DNA of 64,000 bases from Opitutia bacterium (GTDB lineage: Bacteria; Verrucomicrobiota; Verrucomicrobiia; Opitutales; Opitutaceae), in contig CANJVR010000006.1 in NCBI GenBank assembly GCA_947478395.1, forward strand, positions 65,007 to 129,006, written 5' to 3'. Position numbers and translations under genes: made by a program. Of this stretch, positions 31,763 through 41,290 are shown piece after piece (within the stretch, counting starts at the first letter, position 1; each line of letters opens with the position of its first letter). Under the pieces are notes generated by a model. It was not told where the DNA came from. It did no database searches and saw only the letters and a program-made list of their open reading frames with translations.

Positions 31763-32992
31763 TCAAGCCCCACGCCCCAAACGGGCTACCATCGCCGCTT
31801 CGCCGGCCAAATCCCAGCCCAGCAAACCCTGCGCAAGACCGGTGCACGCCGGCTGTTCAGGCGTCAAAACCGCCAACTGACGCAGGCTCTTCGACAACCA
31901 CGACGGCAGGTCACCGGGAAACCAATGCACCCAAATCGGGCCGAGATTCATCTTGTCTCCCGAATGTGCGGCAAAGAGCGGCAACCAACCATCACAGACC
32001 AAAGTATCGAATCGCGTTCCACCGATCGCCGCGCCGCAGCATGCCACGGCGAGGCGCGCCCGACGGGCCGCGAACCGGTGTTCGCGCCGGATGCGCCGCG
32101 TCCCGGCTTCGCCGTCCGGTTCGGGCCACGTCGACAGTTCTTGCGCCAGATGGTCCGGCCAGTCGGGCCGCGCCCTCACCCACTTCGCGTATTGCTCTAA
32201 ACGCGCCCGCGGCCGATTCGCCGGCCGCACGCCTTGAGCGCTCCACGCCTCCGCCTCGGCGGCCAAGGCGCGGCCCGCATCCACCGCGCCTGCAGCCCAA
32301 GCCGCCAACGGGAATCGCCCCGCGAGCCGCAGCATGGGCCCACGATCAAAACGGTAGCCCAAAATCTCCAACGCCGCGTGATGACAAGCCGCCGTCCAAC
32401 CGAGACGGTTCAATCTTTGCCGCGCGAAATGCACTTTCAAACGCCAGCGTTGCTCGCCGTGTTCGCGCAACAACCGGATCAAATCCGGCGCCGACAGCTG
32501 CCCCAGCTCGTCGAGCACGCGGCCGGAAGGACGTTGCGCGAGCGACTCCACCGCATCGTCCGCGGCAAATGATTCGAGGTCGTGATGCAACAGCGGTAGC
32601 AACGCCAAGATCGGGATTTCCCTGCCGCCCGCGCCCCGTGTCACTGCACCAACCGGCGGTGGAAACAACACGACGTGCAGCTGCACCCCGTCATACGCCG
32701 GATCGCGGGCGTGCCCGTGCGCATTCCAGTCGCTCGCGTGCAGATGCAGCTCGACGTCACCGGTCCGGTTTTCGCCATCGTCGAACGCAAATCTCGCCCC
32801 GTGAAAATCCGGTCCACCAAGAAGATTCCACTTTCCGGGATGAAAAATGTGCACGCGCCGACCGTCGGTTGCCCTCGCGGCCGACCGGTCAAAGTCCCCG
32901 CGCAACCAGATTTTCTGGAGCAGCTTTTCGGAAAATGAAAACGGCCCGTAAAGTCCCTGCACTTCGGCGACGTTTGGAAAAACGATACTCAT
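31763..32992 (-). CDS. DUF2851-family protein
   Basis: [41 protein letters not shown] pattern recognised by eye. Confidence 0.8.
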   Translation of the reverse strand: MSIVFPNVAEVQGLYGPFSFSEKLLQKIWLRGDFDRSAARATDGRRVHIFHPGKWNLLGGPDFHGARFAFDDGENRTGDVELHLHASDWNAHGHARDPAYDGVQLHVVLFPPPVGAVTRGAGGREIPILALLPLLHHDLESFAADDAVESLAQRPSGRVLDELGQLSAPDLIRLLREHGEQRWRLKVHFARQRLNRLGWTAACHHAALEILGYRFDRGPMLRLAGRFPLAAWAAGAVDAGRALAAEAEAWSAQGVRPANRPRARLEQYAKWVRARPDWPDHLAQELSTWPEPDGEAGTRRIRREHRFAARRARLAVACCGAAIGGTRFDTLVCDGWLPLFAAHSGDKMNLGPIWVHWFPGDLPSWLSKSLRQLAVLTPEQPACTGLAQGLLGWDLAGEAAMVARLGRGA

Positions 32993-33049
32993 CCTTTCCG
33001 CACATTCCGGTCGCGGAAAAAAACGCGTCGAGCCCGTTTCGTGTCAGCG

Positions 33050-33173
33050 GCGCGGTTTTGAGTTTTGGGGTTTGAGTTTTGATTTACCCGGATCGCCGAC
33101 GTCGAAGTTCCCGGTTGAACGATGCGCATTCCGCGAACTCAAAACCCTGAACTCAAAACTCAAAACACCGCGC
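33050..33173. repeat. Inverted repeat of heptamer arrays (GTTTTGA)n ... (TCAAAAC)n
   Basis: Four 7-nt units per arm, bounded by GCGCGG/CCGCGC. Confidence 0.85.
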
Positions 33174-33208
33174 TTGCGCGGTTCCGAGCGCGCCGCGAGA
33201 TTGCGCGC

Positions 33209-34045
33209 ATGAATCCCACCAGCTTGGCCCGGCTTCTCGGAATCGGCATCATCATTATCGTTCTCATCGTCGCCGCTGCCCAATCGACTTACGTCATCGA
33301 CCCTGGCTTCCGCGGCGTGCAAGTCACCCTCGGCAAAGTCAGCACGGATTTTAAACCCGAAGGCTTCGGCACCAAGTCGCCGTTCATCTCCCACATCATC
33401 GCGATCCCGGTCCGCCAACTCACGCGCGAGCTCAACGCCGAGTGCTATTCCGCCGATCTCCAGCAGGTCACCATTCATCTCCGCGTTCTCTACCGCATCC
33501 CCGAGGCCGCTGTGGTCCGAATCTACCAGGACTACGCCGGTGATCCGTTCGACACGCTCATCGCGCCGCGCGTGCAGGAAGCGTTGAAAGAGGTCACCGC
33601 ACTGCAAAGCGCCGAGCAAATCGTGAAGCATCGCGAAGACGTGAAGATCAAGGCCTTCGCCGCCGCCAAGGAAAAGATCAGCAACATCCTGACCGTCGAG
33701 GACGTCGTGCTCGAAAACATCACGCTCACCAAAGAACTCGAATCTGCGATCGAAGCGAAAATGGTGCAGGAACAGGAAGCGGCCAAATCGCGCTTCGTGC
33801 AGCAAAAAGCACAGATTGAGGCCGATACCGCGATCATCCGCGCCAAGGGCGAAGCCGAGGCCATCCGCATCCGCGCCGATGCCATCCGCGACAACCCCGG
33901 ACTGATCCAACTTCAGATCGTCGAAAAGTGGGACGGCAAAGCCCCGCTCGTCATTGGCGGCGGCAGTGATGCCCATGGCGCGAATATTCTTCTCCCGATC
34001 GGCATCACCGCTCCCGCCGTTCCCGCTGTTCCTGCGCGCAAATGA
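33209..34045 (+). CDS. SPFH/prohibitin-family membrane protein
   Basis: N-terminal TM, IDPGFRGV, AIEAK..EQEA, AKGEAEA, IVEKWDG motifs. Confidence 0.9.
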   Translation: MNPTSLARLLGIGIIIIVLIVAAAQSTYVIDPGFRGVQVTLGKVSTDFKPEGFGTKSPFISHIIAIPVRQLTRELNAECYSADLQQVTIHLRVLYRIPEAAVVRIYQDYAGDPFDTLIAPRVQEALKEVTALQSAEQIVKHREDVKIKAFAAAKEKISNILTVEDVVLENITLTKELESAIEAKMVQEQEAAKSRFVQQKAQIEADTAIIRAKGEAEAIRIRADAIRDNPGLIQLQIVEKWDGKAPLVIGGGSDAHGANILLPIGITAPAVPAVPARK

Positions 34046-34236
34046 GTCCGATAGCCCGAAAAAATCTCACGTTCCTCGCGGGTGTCATCCTGCTGGTGGC
34101 ACTCTGCATCGTTTTCCCGAGCGTACTTAAGTTTGTCGAAATCGCGGCGCGCGAAATCCGCTTCCTTTGGTGGGAAATCGCGATCCTTTCCCTCGGCGTG
34201 TGGCTCGCGTTTTTCTTCGGCAAGAAACGCGATTGA
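34042..34236 (+). CDS. Small two-TM membrane protein coupled to the SPFH gene
   Basis: ATGA overlap with the SPFH stop and two hydrophobic helices. Confidence 0.75.
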   Translation: MSPIARKNLTFLAGVILLVALCIVFPSVLKFVEIAAREIRFLWWEIAILSLGVWLAFFFGKKRD

Positions 34237-34254
34237 AACGCGGCCATCGGCCGC

Positions 34255-34365
34255 GTTTCGAGTTTTGGATTCTGGATTTTGAGTTTTGGGTTGAGAGCTC
34301 CCAGCTCGGAGTTCCAAGCGCGACCGTCGTTAGCCGGAACTCAAAACTAAGAACCCAAAGCCCAA
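34255..34365. repeat. Inverted repeat of heptamer arrays (second copy)
   Basis: GTTTCGA GTTTTGG ATTCTGG ATTTTGA GTTTTGG ... AACTCAA AACTAAG AACCCAA AGCCCAA. Confidence 0.8.
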
Positions 34366-34413
34366 TCCGGGCTGGTCTAAACTCGGTTTTTGCGGCCGGC
34401 TTCCTTTCTCCCC

Positions 34414-35172
34414 ATGTTTCGCCTCGATCAAAAAAATACCCTCGTCACCGGCGCCGGCTCGGGCATCGGCGCGGCGATCGCTGAAATTTTCGCCCAAGCG
34501 GGGGCTCAGGTGCTCGTCACCGACGTCGATCACTCCGCCGCCGGCGCCACCGTGGCCCGCATCGCCGCCGCCGGCGGCAACGCCCGCGCGCTCAAACTCG
34601 ACATCGTCAACGAAACGGAAATCGCCGCCGCCGTCACCGCCGCGGGCGGGCCGCTCGATGTACTCGTCAACAACGCCGGCATCGGTTGCATCGGCACGAT
34701 CGTGCAGACGGCCCCGGCGGATTTCGACCGGCTGATGAACGTGAACGTGCGCGGCACGTTTCTCGTCACGCGGGCATTTCTCCCCGCGATGCTCGCGCGC
34801 GGACGCGGCAGCGTGATCAATCTCGCTTCGATTGCGGGCGTGATCGCGGTGCGCGAGCGGTTCGCCTACACGACGGCGAAGTTCGCGGTGGTCGGGCAGA
34901 CCAAGGCCCTCGCGCTCGACCACTCGCACACCGGCGTGCGTTTCAACGCCATCTGTCCGGGCCGCGTCGAAACACCTTGGGTCCAAAAACGCCTTTCCGA
35001 ATCCTCCGACCCCGAAGCCGCGCGCCGCGAAATGGCCGCGACGCAGTTGACCGGCCGCATGGCCAAGCCCCGCGAAATCGCCGCCGCCGCGCTTTATCTT
35101 GCCGCCGACGAGTCCGCGATGGTCACCGGGAGTACGCTCGTGGTAGACGGCGGTTGGAGCGCGGGAAAGTAG
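34414..35172 (+). CDS. Short-chain dehydrogenase/reductase
   Basis: TGAGSGIG, NNAG, YTTAK (YxxxK) and NAICPG motifs. Confidence 0.93.
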   Translation: MFRLDQKNTLVTGAGSGIGAAIAEIFAQAGAQVLVTDVDHSAAGATVARIAAAGGNARALKLDIVNETEIAAAVTAAGGPLDVLVNNAGIGCIGTIVQTAPADFDRLMNVNVRGTFLVTRAFLPAMLARGRGSVINLASIAGVIAVRERFAYTTAKFAVVGQTKALALDHSHTGVRFNAICPGRVETPWVQKRLSESSDPEAARREMAATQLTGRMAKPREIAAAALYLAADESAMVTGSTLVVDGGWSAGK

Positions 35173-35236
35173 ACCTCGGGGGAACGCGACGCGATCCGGC
35201 CGCGCCGAGTTCGCTGATGACGACACTTTGCCGTCA

Positions 35237-35326
35237 GATAACTGCAGGCGGGGTGCCCTCACCCCGCTTGGACATCGCTGGTTGAACGGCGGTTTGCGGG
35301 GTGAGGGCACGCCGCCTGCAGTTATC
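35237..35326. repeat. Inverted REP-like pair (family C, GCGGGGTGCCCTCACCCCGC)
   Basis: 31-nt near-perfect inverted arms. Confidence 0.85.
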
Positions 35327-35423
35327 ATCCGCTGCAGTCGCGAAAGCATCGCGTACCGCGGGCGCGCGGGAAACAGCTGATGTTACAGCCGCGTGAACTT
35401 TCGCCGTCCGGTCCGCAGAAATT

Positions 35424-35449
35424 GAACCATTCCGCACACCGCGGCGTCT
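35424..35449 (+). promoter_or_regulatory. Putative ECF-sigma promoter (GAACC-N16-CGTCT)
   Basis: -35 AAC and -10 CGT motifs with a 16-nt spacer, directly upstream of an orphan terminator. Confidence 0.45.
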
Positions 35450-35455
35450 CCCCCC

Positions 35456-35526
35456 GCGTTCACAGTTATATTGGTGTTAGGTCATAGGTCGAAGGGCCGC
35501 CTAGGGGTAGGCGGCCCTTCTCATTT
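35456..35526 (+). ncRNA. Candidate ~70-nt trans-acting small RNA
   Basis: Promoter-like motif, an AU/GU-rich single-stranded 5' part, then the perfect stem GAAGGGCCGCCTA-GGGG-TAGGCGGCCCTTC + TCATTT. No plausible ORF inside. Confidence 0.45.
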
Positions 35527-35556
35527 CCCAGAAAGATTCAAGTTTTCGCGTGGCCG

Positions 35557-35666
35557 TATGGGGCGGCGGCCGGCGTCTCTGCCACCCGGGCTCGGCATCT
35601 TCGTTTCGGCAGGCAGGGACGCCTGCCGCTACGTTGTTACGGGCTACGTATTTTATTAAACGCTCT
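35557..35666 (-). repeat. GTAG-type REP pair / MITE-like element (family B)
   Basis: Reverse complement reads GTAGCGGCAGGCGTCCCTGCCTGCCGAAACGAAGATGCCGAGCCCGG...GGCAGAGACGCCGGCCGC, homologous to 41312-41385. Confidence 0.8.
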
Positions 35667-35743
35667 TGGCGGTGACGCCGACCCACGATTCGCATCCGCG
35701 ATTGACGTTCAAAGTCTCCGTTTACAGCGTGGCGCGTCGGTTC

Positions 35744-35834
35744 GGAGGAGTGGCTGAGTTGGTTTAAGGCACCTGACTTGAAATCAGACGTGGGGGCAAC
35801 CTCACCGGGGGTTCGAATCCCTCCTCCTCCGCCA
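35744..35834 (+). tRNA. tRNA-Ser(TGA)
   Basis: GGAGGAG/CTCCTCC stem, CT-TGA-AA loop, long variable arm, GCCA end. TTGACG -35-like box at 35702. Confidence 0.97.
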
Positions 35835-36146
35835 ACGCTTCAGCAACGACAAGAACGAGGCGATCACGCGGGACGTGCTGAAGAAGAAATCAAATGACTG
35901 GGTCGACTACTGAGCGCTCGGCTTCATTACGAAAATTTCAAAGAGATTATCCAGCGAGCGAAGGTTTTTTGCTTCGAGGGCGAGTTATCAAGCGTCGTGA
36001 AAGCCGGGGCGATTTCATCGATTTCGAGGAACCGTGGACCGGCGCCTCCATCTTCGAGAACGAGTGACAAAGCTTCCGCATCAGGCAGACGAACTAGCGT
36101 GTTGGCAGCGTGAGCGCGAAGATCCGCCACCGGTCCAGGTGCCGGC

Positions 36147-37223
36147 CTATAACAACTCTTTCGGCAATTGCGGGTGCAGCTTTTTGATGTCCTGCACGGC
36201 ATCGCGATGGCAGACGAGAATCGCGTCGGCCGTTTCGACCACCACCAGATCCTTCACGCCGCAGAGCGCGATCATCCGGCCGTTGCTGACGACGATGTTG
36301 TGCTGGGAATTCACCGTGACCACCGGCCCTTTGATCGTGTTGTGCGCATCGTCGCGCGGTAAATGCTTCGGCAGCGCGGTCCACAGGCCGACATCGTCCC
36401 AGTCGAATTTCGCCACGGCGGTTTCGACGGCGCGCGCCTTTTCCATAATCGCGTAGTCGAGCGACACCTTGGGCTCGAGCGTGGGGAATTTTTCCGCGAG
36501 ATACGCGGCGGCCGCCGTTTCCTCCGCGGGAAACCCGCGAATGAACGTCGCAAGCGTCGGCGCGTTGCGCTCGGCCTCGGCGAGAAACACCGCGACGCGC
36601 CACGCAAAAATCCCCGCGTTCCACGTGTAGTGTCCGCTTTCCAAATAGCGCTGCGCGGTCGCGGCGTCAGGTTTCTCGACGAATCGTTTTACCGCGCGAA
36701 ACACGCTGCCCTCGGCGCCGTGCGCCACCGGATCGCCCATTTCCAAATAACCAAAACCCGTGGCGGCGTGATCCGGCTGAATGCCGAAGGTCAGCACCGC
36801 ATCGGTCTGCGCCGCGCGGGCCAGCGCCGCACCCAGCTGACGGCCGCAACCTGCTCCGTCGTGAATCACCGCGTCCGCCGAAAGCACCAGCATCGTCGCG
36901 TCGGGGTTGCGTGCACGGACCAACGCGGTGGCGAGCGCCGCCGCGGGCGCGGTATCGCGCTTGGCCGGTTCGGCGATGATTTGCGCGGGACGCAACATCG
37001 GCAGCGCCGCACGCGTCGCGGCCAGTTGCACCGTGTTGGTGAGGACGAAAACATTTTCCAAAGGGACAACCCCATCGAGCCGGCGTACCGTTTCCTCGAT
37101 CAGCGTGGTGTCACCGAGGAGTTTCAAAAGTTGCTTAGGCGTGCGTGCCCGGCTCATCGGCCAGAAACGTTCGCCGCTGCCACCCGCCATGATACACGCG
37201 TAGAAGGAGGAGGAGTCGCTCAT
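36147..37223 (-). CDS. manC: Mannose-1-phosphate guanylyltransferase (GMP domain only)
   Basis: IMAGGSGERFWPMSR..PKQ, FVEKPD, WNAGIF, SLDYAIMEK, WDDVG motifs. Confidence 0.9.
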   Translation of the reverse strand: MSDSSSFYACIMAGGSGERFWPMSRARTPKQLLKLLGDTTLIEETVRRLDGVVPLENVFVLTNTVQLAATRAALPMLRPAQIIAEPAKRDTAPAAALATALVRARNPDATMLVLSADAVIHDGAGCGRQLGAALARAAQTDAVLTFGIQPDHAATGFGYLEMGDPVAHGAEGSVFRAVKRFVEKPDAATAQRYLESGHYTWNAGIFAWRVAVFLAEAERNAPTLATFIRGFPAEETAAAAYLAEKFPTLEPKVSLDYAIMEKARAVETAVAKFDWDDVGLWTALPKHLPRDDAHNTIKGPVVTVNSQHNIVVSNGRMIALCGVKDLVVVETADAILVCHRDAVQDIKKLHPQLPKELL

Positions 37224-37388
37224 GTGGATGTTTCTTTTTTCAGTCCCCCGTCGCTACGCCAAGCCAGAATACAGGGCCGGAGCTCGCGCCGGCCCTGCGG
37301 TCATGGCTCCATCGCGATCGGCTCGGGCCTGTCTCCACGCTTCGCTTCCGGCTGGCATTCGACGCCATTTTTGGCCCCTGATTCTAAG

Positions 37389-39476
37389 ATGAACCTGAGT
37401 CGCATCCTCGTCCTCGGCATAACCACCCTGCTTGCTTCGACCGGCCTTTCAACCACGGCGCGGGCCGACGAAGGCATGTGGCTCTATTCCGCCCCGCCGC
37501 GCGCCCAGATCAAAGCCAAATATGGCTTCGACCTCACCGCGGTGTGGCTCGACCACCTCATGAAGTCTTCCGTGCGCTTCAACAGCGGCGGCTCCGGTTC
37601 TTTTGTGAGCGGCGACGGCCTCGTCATCACCAACCATCACGTCGGCGCCGATGATCTCCAGAAGCTCAGCGACGAAACTCATAATTATATTCGCGACGGT
37701 TTCTACGCTGCCACGCCCGCCAGCGAAAAGAAGTGTGTGGATCTAGAACTCAACGTTCTGCAGTCGATCGAAGACATCACGCAGCGCGTCAACGCCGCCA
37801 TTCCCGCCGGCGCCACGGGCGACGCCGCCGCTCTCGCCCGGCGCAAAATCACCGCGGAAATCGAGAAAGAATCCCTGGATAAAACCGGGCTGCGGAGCGA
37901 CGTCGTTACCCTCTACCAAGGCGGCGCGTACCATCTTTACCGCTTCAAAAAATACACCGATATCCGCCTCGTCTTCGCCCCCGAAGGCTCGACCGCTTTT
38001 TTCGGCGGCGACCCCGACAATTTCGAGTACCCGCGCTACGATCTCGATATCTGCCTTTTCCGCGTTTACGAAAACGATCGTCCCGTCCAGCCGCAGCATT
38101 TCCTCCGCTGGTCTACGGCTGGCGCAAAAGAGGGCGAACTCACCTTCGTTTCCGGACACCCCGGAACCACGCGTCGCCTTCTCACCGTTCCCGAGCTCGA
38201 GTACATTCGCGACAGCCAATTCCCGCTCCAGCTCGCATCGCTGAAGCGCAGGGAGGTCCTGCTCGCCAACTGGAGTGCACGCGATACCGAGAACGCGCGC
38301 CGCGCCCACGACGAATTGTTCGGCATCCAAAACACCCGCAAAGCCCGCGACGGCGGTCTCGCCGCGCTGCAGGATCCCCATTTCTTCGGCACCAGAGTGG
38401 CCGCCGAGACGGCCTTTAAGCAAAAGCTCGCGGCCCGTGCCGACGGCGCCGACGCCCTCGCCGCTTTCGACCGCATCGCCGCCGCGCAAAAATCCGTCGC
38501 TGCAATCGCCGTGCGGAACCGCCTCCTCGAAGGCGGGACCGCTTTCGACGCGGATTCTTTCGTGCTCGCCCGCCGGTTGCTCCGCCATGCGGACGAACAC
38601 CCGAAGCCCAATGGCGAGCGCCTCCGGGAATTCAGCGACGCCCGACGTGAGTCATTCGAGCAGCAACTTTTCTCCGAAAAGCCGATCTATCCTGATCTAG
38701 AAACGGTGACCCTGGGCGACTCGCTTACGGCTTTGGTCGAACAACTCGGCGCCGCCGACCCGCTCGTGAAAACGATTCTCGCCGGAAAATCGCCGCGTAC
38801 GCGCGCCGCCGAACTCATCAGCTCCACGCAGGTCCGCGATGTCGCCTTCCGCAAAAAGCTTTACGCCGGCGACGCCACCGTAGTCGCCAACGCCAAGGAC
38901 CCCCTCATCGAAATCGCGCGCGCGATCGATGCGGAAGCTCGCGCGTTGCGGAGGATGGTCGAGTCCGCCGACGAGACCAAGCAGCAAGCCCAGGCCGTGA
39001 TCGGAAAGGCCCGTTTCGCCCTCGAAGGAACAAGCAACTATCCTGATGCCACGTTCACGCTCCGCCTGAGCTACGGCCCCGTGCAAGGCTACATGGACGC
39101 CGGCAAGAATATCCCCGCGTACACCACGATTGGCGGCCTGTACGAACGCAGTCTGAAGCAGGGAAACCGCGATCCGTTCGAGTTACCCGAACGTTGGCTC
39201 AAGAAAAGAGCCACGCTCGACCTCGCGACGCCCCTCAATTTTGTCAGCACCGCCGACATTATCGGCGGCAACTCCGGGAGTCCCGTCGTCAACACCGCCG
39301 GCGAATTTGTTGGCATCATCTTCGACGGTAATCTCGCGTCGTTGTCCGGAGATTTCGGTTACGAGGACGTCGCATCGCGAGCCGTCAGCGTCGCCAGTGC
39401 TGGCATCCTCGAAGCTTTGCGCAAGGTCTACGAAGCACCCGCTCTTGCCAACGAACTCGTGACCGGACGGCGGTGA
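37389..39476 (+). CDS. S46-family dipeptidyl peptidase (DPP7-like)
   Basis: Signal peptide then ADEGMW, TNHHV, PDATFTLRLSYG, DIIGGNSGSPV and FDGN. Confidence 0.93.
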   Translation: MNLSRILVLGITTLLASTGLSTTARADEGMWLYSAPPRAQIKAKYGFDLTAVWLDHLMKSSVRFNSGGSGSFVSGDGLVITNHHVGADDLQKLSDETHNYIRDGFYAATPASEKKCVDLELNVLQSIEDITQRVNAAIPAGATGDAAALARRKITAEIEKESLDKTGLRSDVVTLYQGGAYHLYRFKKYTDIRLVFAPEGSTAFFGGDPDNFEYPRYDLDICLFRVYENDRPVQPQHFLRWSTAGAKEGELTFVSGHPGTTRRLLTVPELEYIRDSQFPLQLASLKRREVLLANWSARDTENARRAHDELFGIQNTRKARDGGLAALQDPHFFGTRVAAETAFKQKLAARADGADALAAFDRIAAAQKSVAAIAVRNRLLEGGTAFDADSFVLARRLLRHADEHPKPNGERLREFSDARRESFEQQLFSEKPIYPDLETVTLGDSLTALVEQLGAADPLVKTILAGKSPRTRAAELISSTQVRDVAFRKKLYAGDATVVANAKDPLIEIARAIDAEARALRRMVESADETKQQAQAVIGKARFALEGTSNYPDATFTLRLSYGPVQGYMDAGKNIPAYTTIGGLYERSLKQGNRDPFELPERWLKKRATLDLATPLNFVSTADIIGGNSGSPVVNTAGEFVGIIFDGNLASLSGDFGYEDVASRAVSVASAGILEALRKVYEAPALANELVTGRR

Positions 39477-39599
39477 ACCGTTCCCAGCAAACGGAGCACC
39501 GGGCCCCACCCGGGAACTTTCACCACCGATTAATCCAGCCCGTTAGAATCCGGGCCCTACCCCGTCGCACCACGGCGCGGTCCACGATTCTTCCGGTGG

Positions 39600-40595
39600 C
39601 TACATCGTCACTACGATCTTTCCGAACTGGCCGCCGCGCTCCATCAGATCGAACGCCTCGCTGACTCGCCCAAGCGGAAAGGTTGCGCTGATGACCGGCT
39701 TGATGCGGTGCAGCGCGACAAACTCCACCATCGCATGCCAGTCCGCGGGCGACCCCATCGTCGTGCCGAGCAGCGAAATTTGCCGCCAAAATACTTTTCG
39801 CATTGGCAGCACCGGCGGATTTCCGCGGGTCGCGCCGAAAAAAACAATACGCCCGCCCGGCTCCGCCAACTCGATGAGTTGCTCAAAGCCTTCGCCGCCT
39901 GCGCTGTCGACGATTACGTCAAAAAGTCCTCCCGGCACCTGCGCCGCGACGGCTTTCCCCCACCCTGCCTGCGTGTAATCAAAACCGCCGCGCGCCCCGA
40001 GTGCGACCGCTCGCGCGATTTTTTCCGGACTGCTCGACGTCACCCAGACTTCCGCCCCCTGCGCCACGGCCAGCTGCAACGCGAACACCGCCACGCCGCC
40101 ACCGATGCCTGTGATCAAAACGCGTTCGCCAACCCGCAGATCGGCGCGGACGAAGAGCGCCCGATACGCCGTCAATCCCGCGAGCGGCAGCGCCGCGGCT
40201 TCGTTCCAGGAAAGATGCGCGGGCTTCACGTGCAGTTGGGTCGCCGGCACGGCGACCTGCTCGGCGAGCGTCCCGGGCCGCGGCAAACCGAGAATGGTAA
40301 ATTGAGCACTGCTCGCCCGCTCATTCGTGCCCCAATCGAAACTGGGGTTGATAATGACTTCTTGGCCCTGCCACGCAGGATCGCACCCAGCCACCGCGGT
40401 TACCACGCCGGCTCCGTCCGAACCGGGCGTGCTAGGAAACTTCAAATTCGCGTACTGACCGAGCTTGATCCAGAGATCGCGCCGGTTGAGCGCGGCGGCC
40501 CGGAGTGAGACCACGGCTTCTCCGGCCGCGGGCACCGGTGCGGGTAGTTCGGCGACGCTGAGTTGATTGATCGCAGTGAGCTGGAGGGCTTGCAT
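39600..40595 (-). CDS. MDR-family (quinone oxidoreductase-like) NAD(P)H oxidoreductase
   Basis: AAALNRRD, PGSDGAGVV, GIGGGVA, GKIVV motifs. Confidence 0.9.
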   Translation of the reverse strand: MQALQLTAINQLSVAELPAPVPAAGEAVVSLRAAALNRRDLWIKLGQYANLKFPSTPGSDGAGVVTAVAGCDPAWQGQEVIINPSFDWGTNERASSAQFTILGLPRPGTLAEQVAVPATQLHVKPAHLSWNEAAALPLAGLTAYRALFVRADLRVGERVLITGIGGGVAVFALQLAVAQGAEVWVTSSSPEKIARAVALGARGGFDYTQAGWGKAVAAQVPGGLFDVIVDSAGGEGFEQLIELAEPGGRIVFFGATRGNPPVLPMRKVFWRQISLLGTTMGSPADWHAMVEFVALHRIKPVISATFPLGRVSEAFDLMERGGQFGKIVVTM

Positions 40596-40679
40596 GCGCC
40601 CACCATGGGGTGACCCGTGTTCCGCCCGCAAGCCGCGGAATCATTTTGCCGCAGTGAGGCCGGCGCGCCCAATTACCCC

Positions 40680-41249
40680 GTGCTCCTCGCGTTTCATAAG
40701 CCTTACGGCGTCCTCTCGCAGTTCACGCCCGAGCCCGGCTCGCAGTGGCGTACCCTCGCGGACTTCGGTTTGCCGAAAAACGTATACGCGCTCGGCCGCC
40801 TCGACGCCGACTCCGAGGGTTTGCTTCTATTGAGCGACGAGCCCGGCCTCAATTCCACGCTCCTCGAGCCCCGAAACGCGCACCGTCGTGAGTACTGGGC
40901 CCAGGTGGAAGGTCTGCCGGATAGCGCGGCCTTGGTGAAACTCGAGCGCGGCGGCATCGATCTCGGCGATTATCGCACGCTCCCGTGCAAGGCCCGTCGG
41001 ATCGAGCCCGCGCCCATGCTTCCGCCCCGCGATCCGCCGATTCGTGTTCGAAAAAGCGTCCCCGACTGCTGGCTCGCGCTTGAACTCATCGAAGGGAAAA
41101 ACCGCCAGGTGCGGCGCATGACCGCCGCAGTCGGGCATCCGACTTTGCGCCTGATTCGGACCCGGATCGGCGATTTTTCGCTCGGCAGGCTCACGTCCGG
41201 CACGTGGCGCGAGATGCCTCCGCCGGAACGCGCCGCAGCCTTTGCCTGA
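40680..41249 (+). CDS. RsuA/RluE-family pseudouridine synthase
   Basis: FHKPYGVLSQF, GRLDADSEGLLLL, EGKNRQVRRMTAAVGHPTLRL motifs, no S4 domain. Confidence 0.9.
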   Translation: MLLAFHKPYGVLSQFTPEPGSQWRTLADFGLPKNVYALGRLDADSEGLLLLSDEPGLNSTLLEPRNAHRREYWAQVEGLPDSAALVKLERGGIDLGDYRTLPCKARRIEPAPMLPPRDPPIRVRKSVPDCWLALELIEGKNRQVRRMTAAVGHPTLRLIRTRIGDFSLGRLTSGTWREMPPPERAAAFA

Positions 41250-41290
41250 ACCAGGCGCGTGGTCGGCGTACACGCCGCGACGACGTATTT

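Noticed and set aside
33050..34365. Repeat arrays as a CRISPR
   Set aside because: They are contiguous 7-nt units in inverted arms, with no repeat-spacer periodicity and no cas genes.
36363..37388. Apparent 340-aa N-terminal extension of the S46 peptidase (1037-aa ORF)
   Set aside because: It overlaps manC antisense. The true start is the ATG at 37389, followed by a signal peptide and ADEGMW.
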